A DNA stretch of 64,000 bases from Candidatus Flemingiibacterium sp. (GTDB lineage: Bacteria; Bacillota; Clostridia; Oscillospirales; CAG-272). The stretch is taken from contig JAZTWV010000047.1 of NCBI GenBank assembly GCA_045636145.1, forward strand, positions 11,101 through 75,100. The letters are read 5' to 3'. Position numbers and translations under genes: made by a program. Below the pieces are notes generated by a model, which ran no database searches, was not told where the DNA came from, and was given only the letters and a program-made list of their open reading frames with translations. Below, one piece after another: positions 1-8,410 of this stretch. Position 1 is the first letter of the stretch. Each line of letters begins with the position of its first letter.

Positions 1-360
1 AAGCCTGTTAAGCCGCGATATATCGTCGGCAATCAGCTTGCCGCCTTCAACTGCCAAAAATATGGCACCGTCCCCGTTTTTTTCGCACTCTGCAAGCTGT
101 TTTTCGCAGGTGCAGAGCTTCACATTTTTATGCGCTTCAAGCTCCGTTTCAAGTCTGTTTCGCGCATCAAAAAAATTTGAATATGCCTCCTCCTCACCGA
201 TGCGGTGGTCGCTCCACATTGCAAGTATCTGGCAGAATTTCTTGTATTTCGCAAGACGCGCAAGTGAGAGACAGAGGTCGTTTTCAAAGATGCTTTTGTT
301 TTGTTTTCGGCATTCGTAAAGTGTATCGCAGTGAAGATCGAAAATTGGCAGATTATTCAA
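1..360 (-). CDS. Membrane dipeptidase (peptidase M19 family), N-terminal part; gene continues past the left edge
   Basis: Own minus-strand translation from TTG at 358-360 (SD GAAAGGAAG about 7 nt upstream): MNNLPIFDLHCDTLYECRKQNKSIFENDLCLSLARLAKYK...AVEGG. The DLHCDT start is typical of M19 dipeptidases. Absent from the ORF track because there is no stop in the window. Confidence 0.6.
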   Translation of the reverse strand, partial: MNNLPIFDLHCDTLYECRKQNKSIFENDLCLSLARLAKYKKFCQILAMWSDHRIGEEEAYSNFFDARNRLETELEAHKNVKLCTCEKQLAECEKNGDGAIFLAVEGGKLIADDISRLNRL

Positions 361-378
361 AGCCGTGCTTCCTTTCGC

Positions 379-783
379 CTAATAATGTACCGCGTTTCGC
401 AGATGCTTGATATCAAGTGCGGGGGTATCTTCCGGCGTGACGGGATTCCCCTCGCGTATGGGAGGAAAATAAACCTCAATTACATCAATGCGCGGCTGTT
501 TGTTTGGCTTGTAACGCCTAAGATATCCTTCGGCGGCACGGAGCAGTTTTTTCTTCTTTTCATAATTAACAGCCAGGCAAGGACGCCCAAATCGCTTGTT
601 TGATTCTGTCTGCGCGCGGGTTTTCACTTCTACGAATACAATATATTTTTCATCCTCGGCGATTATGTCGAACTCGTCGCGGAAAATGCGGAAATTGCGA
701 GCTTTGATGCTGTATCCGGCATCCTCAAGAAAACGAGCTGCCAATTCTTCGCCGCGAGCGCCGATTGTAGCTTTATAGGTCAT
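379..783 (-). CDS. yraN: YraN family (UPF0102) endonuclease-like protein
   Basis: 134-aa ORF. GEELAARFLEDAGYSI...FDIIAEDEKYIVFVEVKTR matches the YraN/UPF0102 pattern. Overlaps rnhB by 4 nt. Confidence 0.85.
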   Translation of the reverse strand: MTYKATIGARGEELAARFLEDAGYSIKARNFRIFRDEFDIIAEDEKYIVFVEVKTRAQTESNKRFGRPCLAVNYEKKKKLLRAAEGYLRRYKPNKQPRIDVIEVYFPPIREGNPVTPEDTPALDIKHLRNAVHY

Positions 784-1394
784 TTTTCATCAAGGTTTTT
801 AAGGAAACACCGCCTGTAAATCGGGGGAATTTCTCCGTTTTCGGCGATAAACTCCTTAAGTGCGGCATAGTGAGCCTTGGTGGGGTATCCCTTGTGAGCG
901 GCAAGACCAAGCGTGGGATATATCTTATCAAGCTCATAAAGCTGACGGTCACGGGTCACTTTGGCAAGTATGGATGCCGCGGCAATTGACGGGGAGAGGG
1001 CATCTCCGCCAACGAGAGGAATTGCATGTATGGGAAATTCCCTCGCCACGTTTCCGTCCACAAGCACAAGGTCGGGCGTAGGGCTGAGCTTTGCCACAGC
1101 ACGCCGCATAGCAAGCTGTGATGCATTCAGAATGTTGTATTCATCAATCTCCGCCGGAGTAGCCTGTGCAACTGCCCATGAGATAGCATTTTCCACTATA
1201 AGCTCATACAGGGCATCGCGGCGCTTCTCGGTAAGCTTTTTTGAGTCGTTGAGACGCTCAAGCACAATTCCGGCAGGAAGTATGCAGGCACCTGCCACAA
1301 CATTTCCGCAAAGCGGACCTCTGCCGGCTTCATCTGTGCCGCATATGATGTGAAAGCCCTTTTCGGTATAGCTGTTTTCAATATTCCAATCCAT
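780..1394 (-). CDS. rnhB: Ribonuclease HII
   Basis: 204 aa. GTDEAGRGPLCGNVVAGACIL, DSKKL and LVDGN motifs of RNase HII. Confidence 0.9.
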   Translation of the reverse strand: MDWNIENSYTEKGFHIICGTDEAGRGPLCGNVVAGACILPAGIVLERLNDSKKLTEKRRDALYELIVENAISWAVAQATPAEIDEYNILNASQLAMRRAVAKLSPTPDLVLVDGNVAREFPIHAIPLVGGDALSPSIAAASILAKVTRDRQLYELDKIYPTLGLAAHKGYPTKAHYAALKEFIAENGEIPPIYRRCFLKNLDEK

Positions 1395-1411
1395 TATACG
1401 TCCGCTCCCTG

Positions 1412-2284
1412 TTAAAGTGTGGGCGGAAGCTCAAGGGTTATGCGACCTATCTTTGCTCCGCGGAATTCGTCAAGCAGCATATTGGCGGTGCGCTCGTAGT
1501 TTATCTCACCGCCTGATATAAGGAAGCCGCGCTTTTTGCCTATAACCTCAAACAGCTCATAGTCCTGAAGCTCCTCATACTGTGACATCTCACCGAGCTT
1601 ATAACGCTCTGAGAGCTTGTCCGGAGCATTTCTTCTGAGCCTGCCCACAAGCAGTATTGCTATGTGTTCAATGTCAAGTATGTCGTCTTTGATAGCACCC
1701 GTCATAGCGAGGTTTTCACCAACGGTGCGGTCTTCGAATTTCGGCCACAGCACGCCCGGCATATCAAGAAGGTCAATACCGATAGTGGTGGGAATCCACT
1801 GCTTTGTGCGAGTTACGCCGGGGCGATCCTCCACCTTGGCTTTGCCCGAACCTGCAATTTTATTTATAAGCGAGGATTTTCCGACGTTGGGTATACCGAC
1901 CATCATGGCTTTAAGCCGTCTGCCGGTCATACCCTTCGACTCGTAGCGTTCAAGCTTTTCCTCAAGCACCTTTTTTATGGCAGGCGCGATGGCGTTCATA
2001 TTTTCGCCTGCACGGCAGTCATAGAATATGGCTTCACGTCCGATACTGCGGTAATATTCCTGCCATTTTTTGCTGATATCCGGATCGGCAAGGCTTGCCT
2101 TGCTCAGCACTGTAAGATGTGGTTTATCCTTTGTCAGCCTTTCAAGGTCCGGGTTTTTTGAGCTGTGGGGTATGCGCGCGTCAAGTATTTCGATTACGAT
2201 ATCCACAAGCGGCAGACATTCAGTAATAAGCCGCTTGGTCTTTGCCATATGACCCGGAAACCACTGTATTATTTCTGAGGGCAT
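1412..2284 (-). CDS. rbgA: Ribosome biogenesis GTPase A (YlqF/RbgA)
   Basis: 290 aa. Starts IQWFPGHMAKT, with circularly permuted GTPase motifs (GIPNVGKSSLIN, DMPG). Confidence 0.9.
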   Translation of the reverse strand: MPSEIIQWFPGHMAKTKRLITECLPLVDIVIEILDARIPHSSKNPDLERLTKDKPHLTVLSKASLADPDISKKWQEYYRSIGREAIFYDCRAGENMNAIAPAIKKVLEEKLERYESKGMTGRRLKAMMVGIPNVGKSSLINKIAGSGKAKVEDRPGVTRTKQWIPTTIGIDLLDMPGVLWPKFEDRTVGENLAMTGAIKDDILDIEHIAILLVGRLRRNAPDKLSERYKLGEMSQYEELQDYELFEVIGKKRGFLISGGEINYERTANMLLDEFRGAKIGRITLELPPTL

Positions 2285-2305
2285 AGCTTTGCCTCCTTTC
2301 GTGTA

Positions 2306-2902
2306 TCAGTTGACTTTGCCGAATCTTGATAGTGGGGTAATTCTGAACAGCACACGGCCGAATATAAAGCGTGTGTCCACGCATCCTATCTGACTGCCGC
2401 GGCTGTCATTGGAGTAGTTGCGGTTGTCTCCAAGTACAAATATCTGTCCGTCCGGAACGGTTATGGGGAATTTCACATCGTAGGAACGCATATCGTAGCC
2501 GTCGATATAGTTTACATATGGCTCGTCAAGAGCTTCGCCGTCAACATATACGGTCCAAGTTTCAAAGTCGATGTCAACCTCCTGACCCTCGGTGGCAATG
2601 ACGCGCTTAACTATTCCGCCGTCAATTCTGCTGTCAGGGGATTGGAAAACCACAATATCACCCTGAGCCGGGGTGTAGAACAGATTGCTGACACACAGCA
2701 CCTCGCGGTCATGAAGGGTATTATTCATGGAGGGACCGTCAACAAAAGCGATTCTTACCACAAATGTGAAAATTAAAAGCACCGCCGAGATCGTAATGAC
2801 GAAAATCTCTATCCAATCGTATATTTCCCGTGCCGCTTTGAAGCCGGCAGTGGCTTTTTTAGAATTGGCGGAGGTATTGTTTTCATTAGGAGTATTATTC
2901 AC
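2306..2902 (-). CDS. lepB: Signal peptidase I
   Basis: 198 aa. N-terminal TM anchor, GPSMNNTL serine box, GDNRNYSNDSR box. Confidence 0.9.
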   Translation of the reverse strand: MNNTPNENNTSANSKKATAGFKAAREIYDWIEIFVITISAVLLIFTFVVRIAFVDGPSMNNTLHDREVLCVSNLFYTPAQGDIVVFQSPDSRIDGGIVKRVIATEGQEVDIDFETWTVYVDGEALDEPYVNYIDGYDMRSYDVKFPITVPDGQIFVLGDNRNYSNDSRGSQIGCVDTRFIFGRVLFRITPLSRFGKVN

Positions 2903-2928
2903 GGTGATATCTCCTTTCGGCAGGATAG

Positions 2929-4140
2929 TTATTTTTCGATCATGTAAGAGAGCAGGTCATAACCGTGCTCAAGATATAATCCCTTTGCCTCACAGCTTTC
3001 CTCGGTGAAGCAGTCAACGCCGTCCTGTTCCTTTTTAGAAGAATATATGATGAACGGAACGGGATCCATGGAGTGAGTGCGCATACACAGAGGTGTAGGA
3101 TGATCCGGCAGAATCATAATCTTGAAATCCTCACCTGTTGATACAAGATAATCGTAAACGGGACGGAGGATAAGCTCGTCGATCTTTTCAACTGAGAGTA
3201 TTTTGTTTTCAAGCTCGGCGCGATGACCGCATTCGTCGGGTGCCTCAACGTGTATGTATACAAAATCCTTTTCGTTTTCGAATGCCTCAATAGCGGCATC
3301 CGCCTTTCCGGAAAAGTTGGTATGAACATTTCCAGTAGCGCCTTCAACGTCAATAGACTGAAGTCCTGCGCAAAGTCCGATACCCTTTATAAGGTCAACG
3401 GCGGAAATTACAGCACCGCGAAGTCCCCATTTCTCATAGAAGTTGGGGAGCGCAGGCTTTTTGCCGGGACTCCAGAGCCAGATTGAGTTGGCAGGGCGCA
3501 GACCTCTAGCGCGGCGTGCTTCGTTTATGGGATGATGGTTGAGAATATCGTAGCTCTCACGCATAAGCTCATAGAACGGCTTGCCTGCATCACCCGTCGG
3601 GAGATGATCTTTTATGTTCTGACCGAGGATGTCATGAGGACGCATGAAATTGTATTCGGATGGAGTATTATTCCATATCATGCAGTGGCGGTAGCTTACG
3701 CCTGTGTAGAAATGACGGAAATCAGTACCGAAATGCTCCTCCATTGCCTTAATAAGCTCACTTGCTTCAGCAGTTGTGATCTCATCCGCAGAATGGTCTA
3801 ACATTATCTTGTCATCATAGTTTTCTTCTTCCTCGCTGAGCGTAACAACATTGCAGCGGTAAGCGGTATCCTCGGGGCGCATGGTGAGTCCCATTGAAAC
3901 AGCTTCAAGGGGAGAGCGTCCCTTCGAGTATATTTTGGGGTCGTAGGAAAGAACTGCTATATTTGCTGTATCTGATTCGGGAACCATTCCTTCGGGAACG
4001 TTTGAAACAGTGCCGCAGAGTGATTTTTTTGCAAGCTCATCCATCATAGGCTTGTTGGCGGCTGCCATGGGAGTTTTGTTTCCCAGCTCTTCGATTTTAT
4101 AGTCTGCCATACCGTCGCAGAGTAAAACAAGGTATTTCAT
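2929..4140 (-). CDS. apgM: Cofactor-independent phosphoglycerate mutase, archaeal-type (ApgM family)
   Basis: 403 aa. MKYLVLLCDGMADY...NKTPMAAANKPMMDEL and ...YIHVEAPDECGH... match the ApgM / alkaline-phosphatase-superfamily mutase pattern. Confidence 0.8.
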   Translation of the reverse strand: MKYLVLLCDGMADYKIEELGNKTPMAAANKPMMDELAKKSLCGTVSNVPEGMVPESDTANIAVLSYDPKIYSKGRSPLEAVSMGLTMRPEDTAYRCNVVTLSEEEENYDDKIMLDHSADEITTAEASELIKAMEEHFGTDFRHFYTGVSYRHCMIWNNTPSEYNFMRPHDILGQNIKDHLPTGDAGKPFYELMRESYDILNHHPINEARRARGLRPANSIWLWSPGKKPALPNFYEKWGLRGAVISAVDLIKGIGLCAGLQSIDVEGATGNVHTNFSGKADAAIEAFENEKDFVYIHVEAPDECGHRAELENKILSVEKIDELILRPVYDYLVSTGEDFKIMILPDHPTPLCMRTHSMDPVPFIIYSSKKEQDGVDCFTEESCEAKGLYLEHGYDLLSYMIEK

Positions 4141-4295
4141 AAGAGTTATATCCTTTATCAGTCATTTTGTTTCGAGTATATATGCAAACATAAATACTCA
4201 GAATATATTATACCACAAATAAACGGCGCATACAAGTGCGAATAGGTCAAATTTTCATGAAAAAAACAGGCGCGAAGTGTTTATTTTCACTTCAA

Positions 4296-4760
4296 TCACC
4301 TGTTTTTCATCTCTCTTAGCCGTTTAAAGAAGGATTTAAGCTGCATTACGGCATCTTTTTCCAAAACACCGAATACAATCTCCGGTTTATGGTTCAGGGG
4401 ATAAAAATTAAGATTTATAAGACTGCCAAATGCGCCTGCTTTGGCATCCTTTGCGCCAATCACTACACGTTTTATCCGCGAATTTACAATAGCACCGGCA
4501 CACATGGGACAAGGCTCAAGAGTTACATACAGTTCGCATTTGTGAAGTCTCCAGCCGCCAAGCTTCCTGCATGCTTCATTGATGGCAATAAGCTCTGCGT
4601 GCGCTGTGGCGTTTTTGTCGATTTCCCTGCGATTGTATGCTTCGGATACTATCTCATCGCCCATTACCACAACTGCTCCTACCGGAACTTCTCCGATAGC
4701 GGCGGCTTCATCGGCAAGTGCAAGTGCACGGCGCATGAATTTTTCGTCACGCTCATTCAT
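4296..4760 (-). CDS. tadA: tRNA adenosine(34) deaminase
   Basis: HAELIAINEA...LEPCPMCAGA zinc-deaminase motifs. Start moved to ATG 4758-4760, preceded by GGAGG. It forms an ATGAATGA overlap with the stop of the upstream gene, and the longer ORF-track start lies inside that gene. Confidence 0.9.
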   Translation of the reverse strand: MNERDEKFMRRALALADEAAAIGEVPVGAVVVMGDEIVSEAYNRREIDKNATAHAELIAINEACRKLGGWRLHKCELYVTLEPCPMCAGAIVNSRIKRVVIGAKDAKAGAFGSLINLNFYPLNHKPEIVFGVLEKDAVMQLKSFFKRLREMKNR

Positions 4761-5919
4761 CGGTGTAAGCCTCCGTTTCGGCGGTATCCTCGGTAATTTT
4801 CGGCGCAACCAGCCATGCGTTGGGAAGCCGTCTTCCGTATGTAGGATTAAGAGAGCTGTTCTTGGTTATAACCTCACCCTTGTAGGCAAGCACGGAGCTT
4901 GATCCGCCGTCACAGCAGGCGGCATTAACGATGCCGTATTTCTGAAGTATTTCGACAAGATCACCCATGGTGCATCCGATGCTCCATGTGGGCTGTCTTC
5001 CGTCGATTATAAGAAACGCGATAACTCCGTCCTCTCGCTGTCCAATGGCGGTGCGCGGCTGTATGCCGTATCCGCCGGAGCCTTCTATCTGCGCTTCTCC
5101 GTCGGCTATCAGGACAGGTCCGAACTGTATGCCTGCGCGAATATCGTAATACTGCCAATCTTTAACGTTGCCCACAACAAGCTTGTCGTTTGAGGTTATA
5201 AGCACCGAGCCGTAGTAGCTGACTGCCGTTCCCCAATATTCACCCTCTGAATAAGAAAGACCGATAATATCTCCGCCGTGACCGGAATCGCCGGGATCAT
5301 TGAAGCCGCTGGCGTTTATTCCGGCTATAGCACCGTGATGTGCCATCATGGCTTTTATGCGAAGTCCCTCCTTATGCTTGTATGGAGTAGAGCCGAGATA
5401 TACACGGGACGGATCGTCTATAAGCATTATTTTGCCGCGGTAGGATGTGCCGACTATCTCGGATATTACAATCCCTTCTTCAATATCGTTTACAAGTACG
5501 GTGTAACCTGCGTAATCGGTGTCACCGACACTAAGCTCGTTTTGGCACAGAATATCCGATGGAACTTCGGGTAAAATCGTAGCTTCCGCATCGGATGTAT
5601 CGGTGTCCTCAGCATCCGACTTCGAGAGATGCTCACCTCCGCCTATAACGTCGGATGTATCGGTTTTATTTGCCGTAACCTCATCTATGATATACGAGGG
5701 GATAAAGGCAGTGGCGAGCCACTGATGATCGCCTGTGGTCATAGCTGTTTCTATGTATATATCACGCCAATATTTGATAAAGGGGATATTTGAGAAAACA
5801 AACAGCAAATACATTGTGACTGCCAGAATTATGGCGGCGCAGGGGATTATAACCCGTTTTTTCTTAAGCATATCAGATAGTCTTAAATTCTTTTTAGGAG
5901 TTCTTATGTGATTCTGCAT
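4753..5919 (-). CDS. Phosphodiester glycosidase family protein (NAGPA-like, DUF2233), membrane anchored
   Basis: 388 aa. N-terminal TM helix and an acidic linker. C-terminal GINASGFND...QFGPVLIADGE...PRTAIGQREDG...IIDGRQ...CCDGGSSS is typical of the family. Confidence 0.7.
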   Translation of the reverse strand: MQNHIRTPKKNLRLSDMLKKKRVIIPCAAIILAVTMYLLFVFSNIPFIKYWRDIYIETAMTTGDHQWLATAFIPSYIIDEVTANKTDTSDVIGGGEHLSKSDAEDTDTSDAEATILPEVPSDILCQNELSVGDTDYAGYTVLVNDIEEGIVISEIVGTSYRGKIMLIDDPSRVYLGSTPYKHKEGLRIKAMMAHHGAIAGINASGFNDPGDSGHGGDIIGLSYSEGEYWGTAVSYYGSVLITSNDKLVVGNVKDWQYYDIRAGIQFGPVLIADGEAQIEGSGGYGIQPRTAIGQREDGVIAFLIIDGRQPTWSIGCTMGDLVEILQKYGIVNAACCDGGSSSVLAYKGEVITKNSSLNPTYGRRLPNAWLVAPKITEDTAETEAYTDE

Positions 5920-6185
5920 TTATTATCTCCACTCAGAAATTTATATTTTCACGGTGACGTGGTTAAATAAAAGCCGGCATTCTTAGCACGACTACTTAAT
6001 TATAAATAATAATGAAAGATATGGTGTTAATAATGTGTAAATTTTGTCTTTGCTTCGCACAAATTCGTTTTAATCTCACTACAGGTACACGGCACAAATA
6101 TTGTTACTCATACAATTCCCCACGGTGCGCAAATTAGTTTCACGGCGATTTCGAATATGCCGTAACAATGTAAAACTAAAGAGGG

Positions 6186-7223
6186 ATGTCAATGAGATCA
6201 AACAGATATAGAATAGTAATGCGTGCCGTATTGCTGATCTTATGTACCGCCATACTCTCTTTCGGAATTTTTGCGGCTGAATCGGGAGCGTCGGACGTAA
6301 AAATGCTTATACCGGGCGGAGTTCCTTTTGGTGTAAAGCTTTATTCCGAAGGTGTACTTGTTGTAGGTGTTGACAGTGTGATGTGCGGCGGAAAAAGTAT
6401 CAGTCCGGCAGGAAATGCCGGAATCAGAGAAAGGGATATGATAATTTCCGTAAACGGTCAGAGTGTTATTGAAGCGGCTCAGGTGTCCGAGCTTGTAAAT
6501 GCCTCCGGCGGTGAGGCTGTTGAGGTCGCCGTAAAGCGCGGAGACGCGGAGCTTGTATTTTCTGTGACTCCCGTTATTTCGGAGGAGGACGGAAAATACA
6601 GGACAGGACTTTGGATAAGAGACAGCACAGCAGGAATCGGTACTGTAACATATATTGATCCGAAATACGGAAGCTTTGCAGGACTTGGTCACGGAATATG
6701 TGACGTTGATACGGGTGAGCTTGTGCCGCTTTCACGAGGGAGCGTTGTTAATGTGGAAATAAGCGGTGTCGTAAAGGGGCGCTCGGGCACGCCGGGAGAG
6801 CTTAAAGGATATTTCAGCTCGGGCAAGATAGGTACACTATTCGGAAACAGGGAATGCGGCGTGTACGGCATATTTGCGCAGTATCCTGAGGGGGTAGACA
6901 GCAAAACTGTACCGGTATCCTTGCCGGGGGAGATATGTGACGGTGAGGCAGAGATGCTGTGTACTGTGGACAGTGGAGGTGTGAGTCCGTATAAGGTGGA
7001 GATATCTCATATAGATCACTCCGGACGAAGTGTGAAAAATTTTGTTGTCAATGTTACCGATCCGGCACTTCTTGAAAAAACAGGCGGTATTGTGCAAGGC
7101 ATGAGCGGCTCTCCAATAATCCAAAACGGCAAGCTTGTTGGAGCGGTGACTCACGTCTTTATTAACGATCCTACAAAGGGGTACGGGATATTTATTGAAA
7201 ATATGCTCTCTGAGGCAAGCTGA
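6186..7223 (+). CDS. spoIVB: SpoIVB peptidase (stage IV sporulation signalling protease, S55)
   Basis: 345 aa. Signal/TM segment, PDZ-like region, GIGTVTYIDP...AGLGHGI (His) and GIVQGMSGSPI (Ser) catalytic motifs. Confidence 0.85.
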   Translation: MSMRSNRYRIVMRAVLLILCTAILSFGIFAAESGASDVKMLIPGGVPFGVKLYSEGVLVVGVDSVMCGGKSISPAGNAGIRERDMIISVNGQSVIEAAQVSELVNASGGEAVEVAVKRGDAELVFSVTPVISEEDGKYRTGLWIRDSTAGIGTVTYIDPKYGSFAGLGHGICDVDTGELVPLSRGSVVNVEISGVVKGRSGTPGELKGYFSSGKIGTLFGNRECGVYGIFAQYPEGVDSKTVPVSLPGEICDGEAEMLCTVDSGGVSPYKVEISHIDHSGRSVKNFVVNVTDPALLEKTGGIVQGMSGSPIIQNGKLVGAVTHVFINDPTKGYGIFIENMLSEAS

Positions 7224-7299
7224 ATATAAAGGATGGAGCGGTCCTGTAAAGTCCGCTTCATCCTAAATTTATGCTTTTGATTTTCAATAAAATTCAAAA

Positions 7300-7327
7300 T
7301 TCGACAAATTTCGAAGCTTTTTCGACC
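7300..7327 (+). promoter_or_regulatory. Three phased Spo0A-box-like heptamers TTCGACA-aat-TTCGAAG-cttt-TTCGACC
   Basis: TTCGACA is the exact reverse complement of the 0A box TGTCGAA. The heptamers start at 7300, 7310 and 7321 (10-11 bp phasing). 7300-7315 is the exact reverse complement of 8960-8975. Confidence 0.6.
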
Positions 7328-7370
7328 ACTGCTAATAAATCTGCCTGTATGGGTTTATGTGTAATGCCAA

Positions 7371-7399
7371 TTGAAATATTCTGCGGTTTATGATACAAT
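7371..7399 (+). promoter_or_regulatory. Sigma-A-type promoter of Spo0A_C paralog 1 (TTGAAA-17-TACAAT)
   Basis: TTGAAA at 7371-7376, 17-nt spacer, TACAAT at 7394-7399, 62 nt before the ATG. Same geometry as 8876-8904 on the other strand. Confidence 0.6.
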
Positions 7400-7461
7400 A
7401 AATATATGAGCAAAGCTTATAGTAATAAAACAGCTATGTTTAAGACGGAAAGGCATACCGT

Positions 7462-7866
7462 ATGAATAACTTTGATGAAAAAAACGACGTAACTAATCTT
7501 TTTACCGCGGCTGAAATCTCAAGAAAACTGTTTTCTTTGTTTCCGCTTCTCGGAATATCGGCAAATCTCAGGGGATTTAAATATCTTTGTGACGCTGTTT
7601 GCGAAGTGTATTATGATCCAGTTGTAGGAGAGCGTGTGGTGAAAGGCTTGTACCGCTTTATAGCGCAAAAGAATAACACCACGCCTGACTGCGTGGAGCA
7701 TTCTATCAGAACGGCACTTGGAAGATTGGAGCGCCCCGGAAACAAAGCGAAATATTTTGAATTTGTCGGCAAAGAGGTTGGATATACGGCAAAGAAATTT
7801 ATAAATGCGGTTGCAGGCAAGCTTAGAGCGGAAAGCATGACGGAAAATACAAAAGTACAAATATAA
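7462..7866 (+). CDS. Stand-alone Spo0A C-terminal DNA-binding domain protein, paralog 1 (no receiver domain)
   Basis: 134 aa. LGISANLRGFKYLCDAVCEVYYD...LYRFIAQKNNTTPDCVEHSIRTAL...KFINAVAGKLR aligns with B. subtilis Spo0A [23 protein letters not shown]...[24 protein letters not shown]...EFIAMVADKLR (recalled from memory). SD GAAAGG precedes the ATG. Confidence 0.8.
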   Translation: MNNFDEKNDVTNLFTAAEISRKLFSLFPLLGISANLRGFKYLCDAVCEVYYDPVVGERVVKGLYRFIAQKNNTTPDCVEHSIRTALGRLERPGNKAKYFEFVGKEVGYTAKKFINAVAGKLRAESMTENTKVQI

Positions 7867-7876
7867 AAAATAAGTT

Positions 7877-7916
7877 CCCCTGTAAAAGCTTTGAAAATCC
7901 AAGGCTTTTACGGGGG
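7877..7916. terminator. 13-bp hairpin between the convergent Spo0A_C genes (probable bidirectional terminator)
   Basis: CCCCTGTAAAAGC (7877-7889) pairs with GCTTTTACGGGGG (7904-7916) with one G.U pair. A-run upstream, T-rich downstream. Confidence 0.6.
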
Positions 7917-7931
7917 ATTATGTATTTAAGG

Positions 7932-7960
7932 TTGACTTTTGAATGTCTGTGTGTTACAAT
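7932..7960 (+). promoter_or_regulatory. Orphan near-consensus sigma-A promoter (TTGACT-17-TACAAT) pointing antisense into paralogs 2/3
   Basis: TTGACT at 7932-7937, 17-nt spacer, TACAAT at 7955-7960. No credible plus-strand CDS lies downstream. Confidence 0.45.
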
Positions 7961-8038
7961 GTACCTATAGCTTTTGAATTTGCTAACCTACACCGGTCTG
8001 CACTACAGTATTATCAAGATTGAGCTTAAAAAACAGAA

Positions 8039-8410
8039 CTATTGCCTGCTGTCAAATTCTGCTGATATTTCATGCAGACGTCTTGCAATAGCGGAAATAA
8101 ACTGTGCGCAGGTGGGATGGCGGTGTGTAATGTCACAGTCAAAATACCTGCCAAACTCAAAAATACGACCGATGCGGCAGGCGCGCTCAACTGCATGACG
8201 GCAGTTCCGCTCAACGCCGGCGGCATCGGAAGCATGGCATAATCGTGCTACCTTGGGGTACAACGTTTTTGTTATGTATTCGGTTATGTCGGGCGAATGA
8301 TATGCAAGTATTATTGAGCATCTTAAGTAGTCATAACCCTTACAGCTTACCGGAATCCCAAGGTATATCAGAATATCGGTAATTTGAATGTCAAGAGCTT
8401 CATCACTCAT
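8039..8410 (-). CDS. Stand-alone Spo0A C-terminal DNA-binding domain protein, paralog 2 (Cys/His-rich)
   Basis: 123 aa. LGIPVSCKGYDYLRCSIILAY...LYPKVARLCHASDAAGVERNCRHAVERA...AQFISAIARRL. ATGA start/stop overlap with paralog 3, and SD GGAAGG lies inside the upstream gene. Confidence 0.8.
   Translation of the reverse strand: MSDEALDIQITDILIYLGIPVSCKGYDYLRCSIILAYHSPDITEYITKTLYPKVARLCHASDAAGVERNCRHAVERACRIGRIFEFGRYFDCDITHRHPTCAQFISAIARRLHEISAEFDSRQ

Noticed and set aside
4141-4295. A possible SRP (4.5S/scRNA) gene, because ffs/scr follows tadA in B. subtilis.
   Set aside because: I could not find the conserved domain IV sequence (GGAAG...CAGCC-type symmetric loop) or a suitable extended hairpin in this 155-nt gap.
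5920-6185. Sporulation-sigma (F/G or E) promoter upstream of spoIVB, and a repeated CACGGYRCRCAAAT motif (6088, 6121, partial at 6141 and 6054).
   Set aside because: CATACAAT at 6109 resembles a sigma-E/G -10 box, but no acceptable -35 lies at the right spacing. The repeat copies share only about 11 of 14 positions, which is too weak to call without statistics or comparative data.
7974-8198. A 74-aa plus-strand ORF downstream of the orphan promoter at 7932-7960.
   Set aside because: It has a TTG start without an SD, lies entirely antisense to paralog 2, and has no recognisable features. It is more likely non-coding if transcribed at all.
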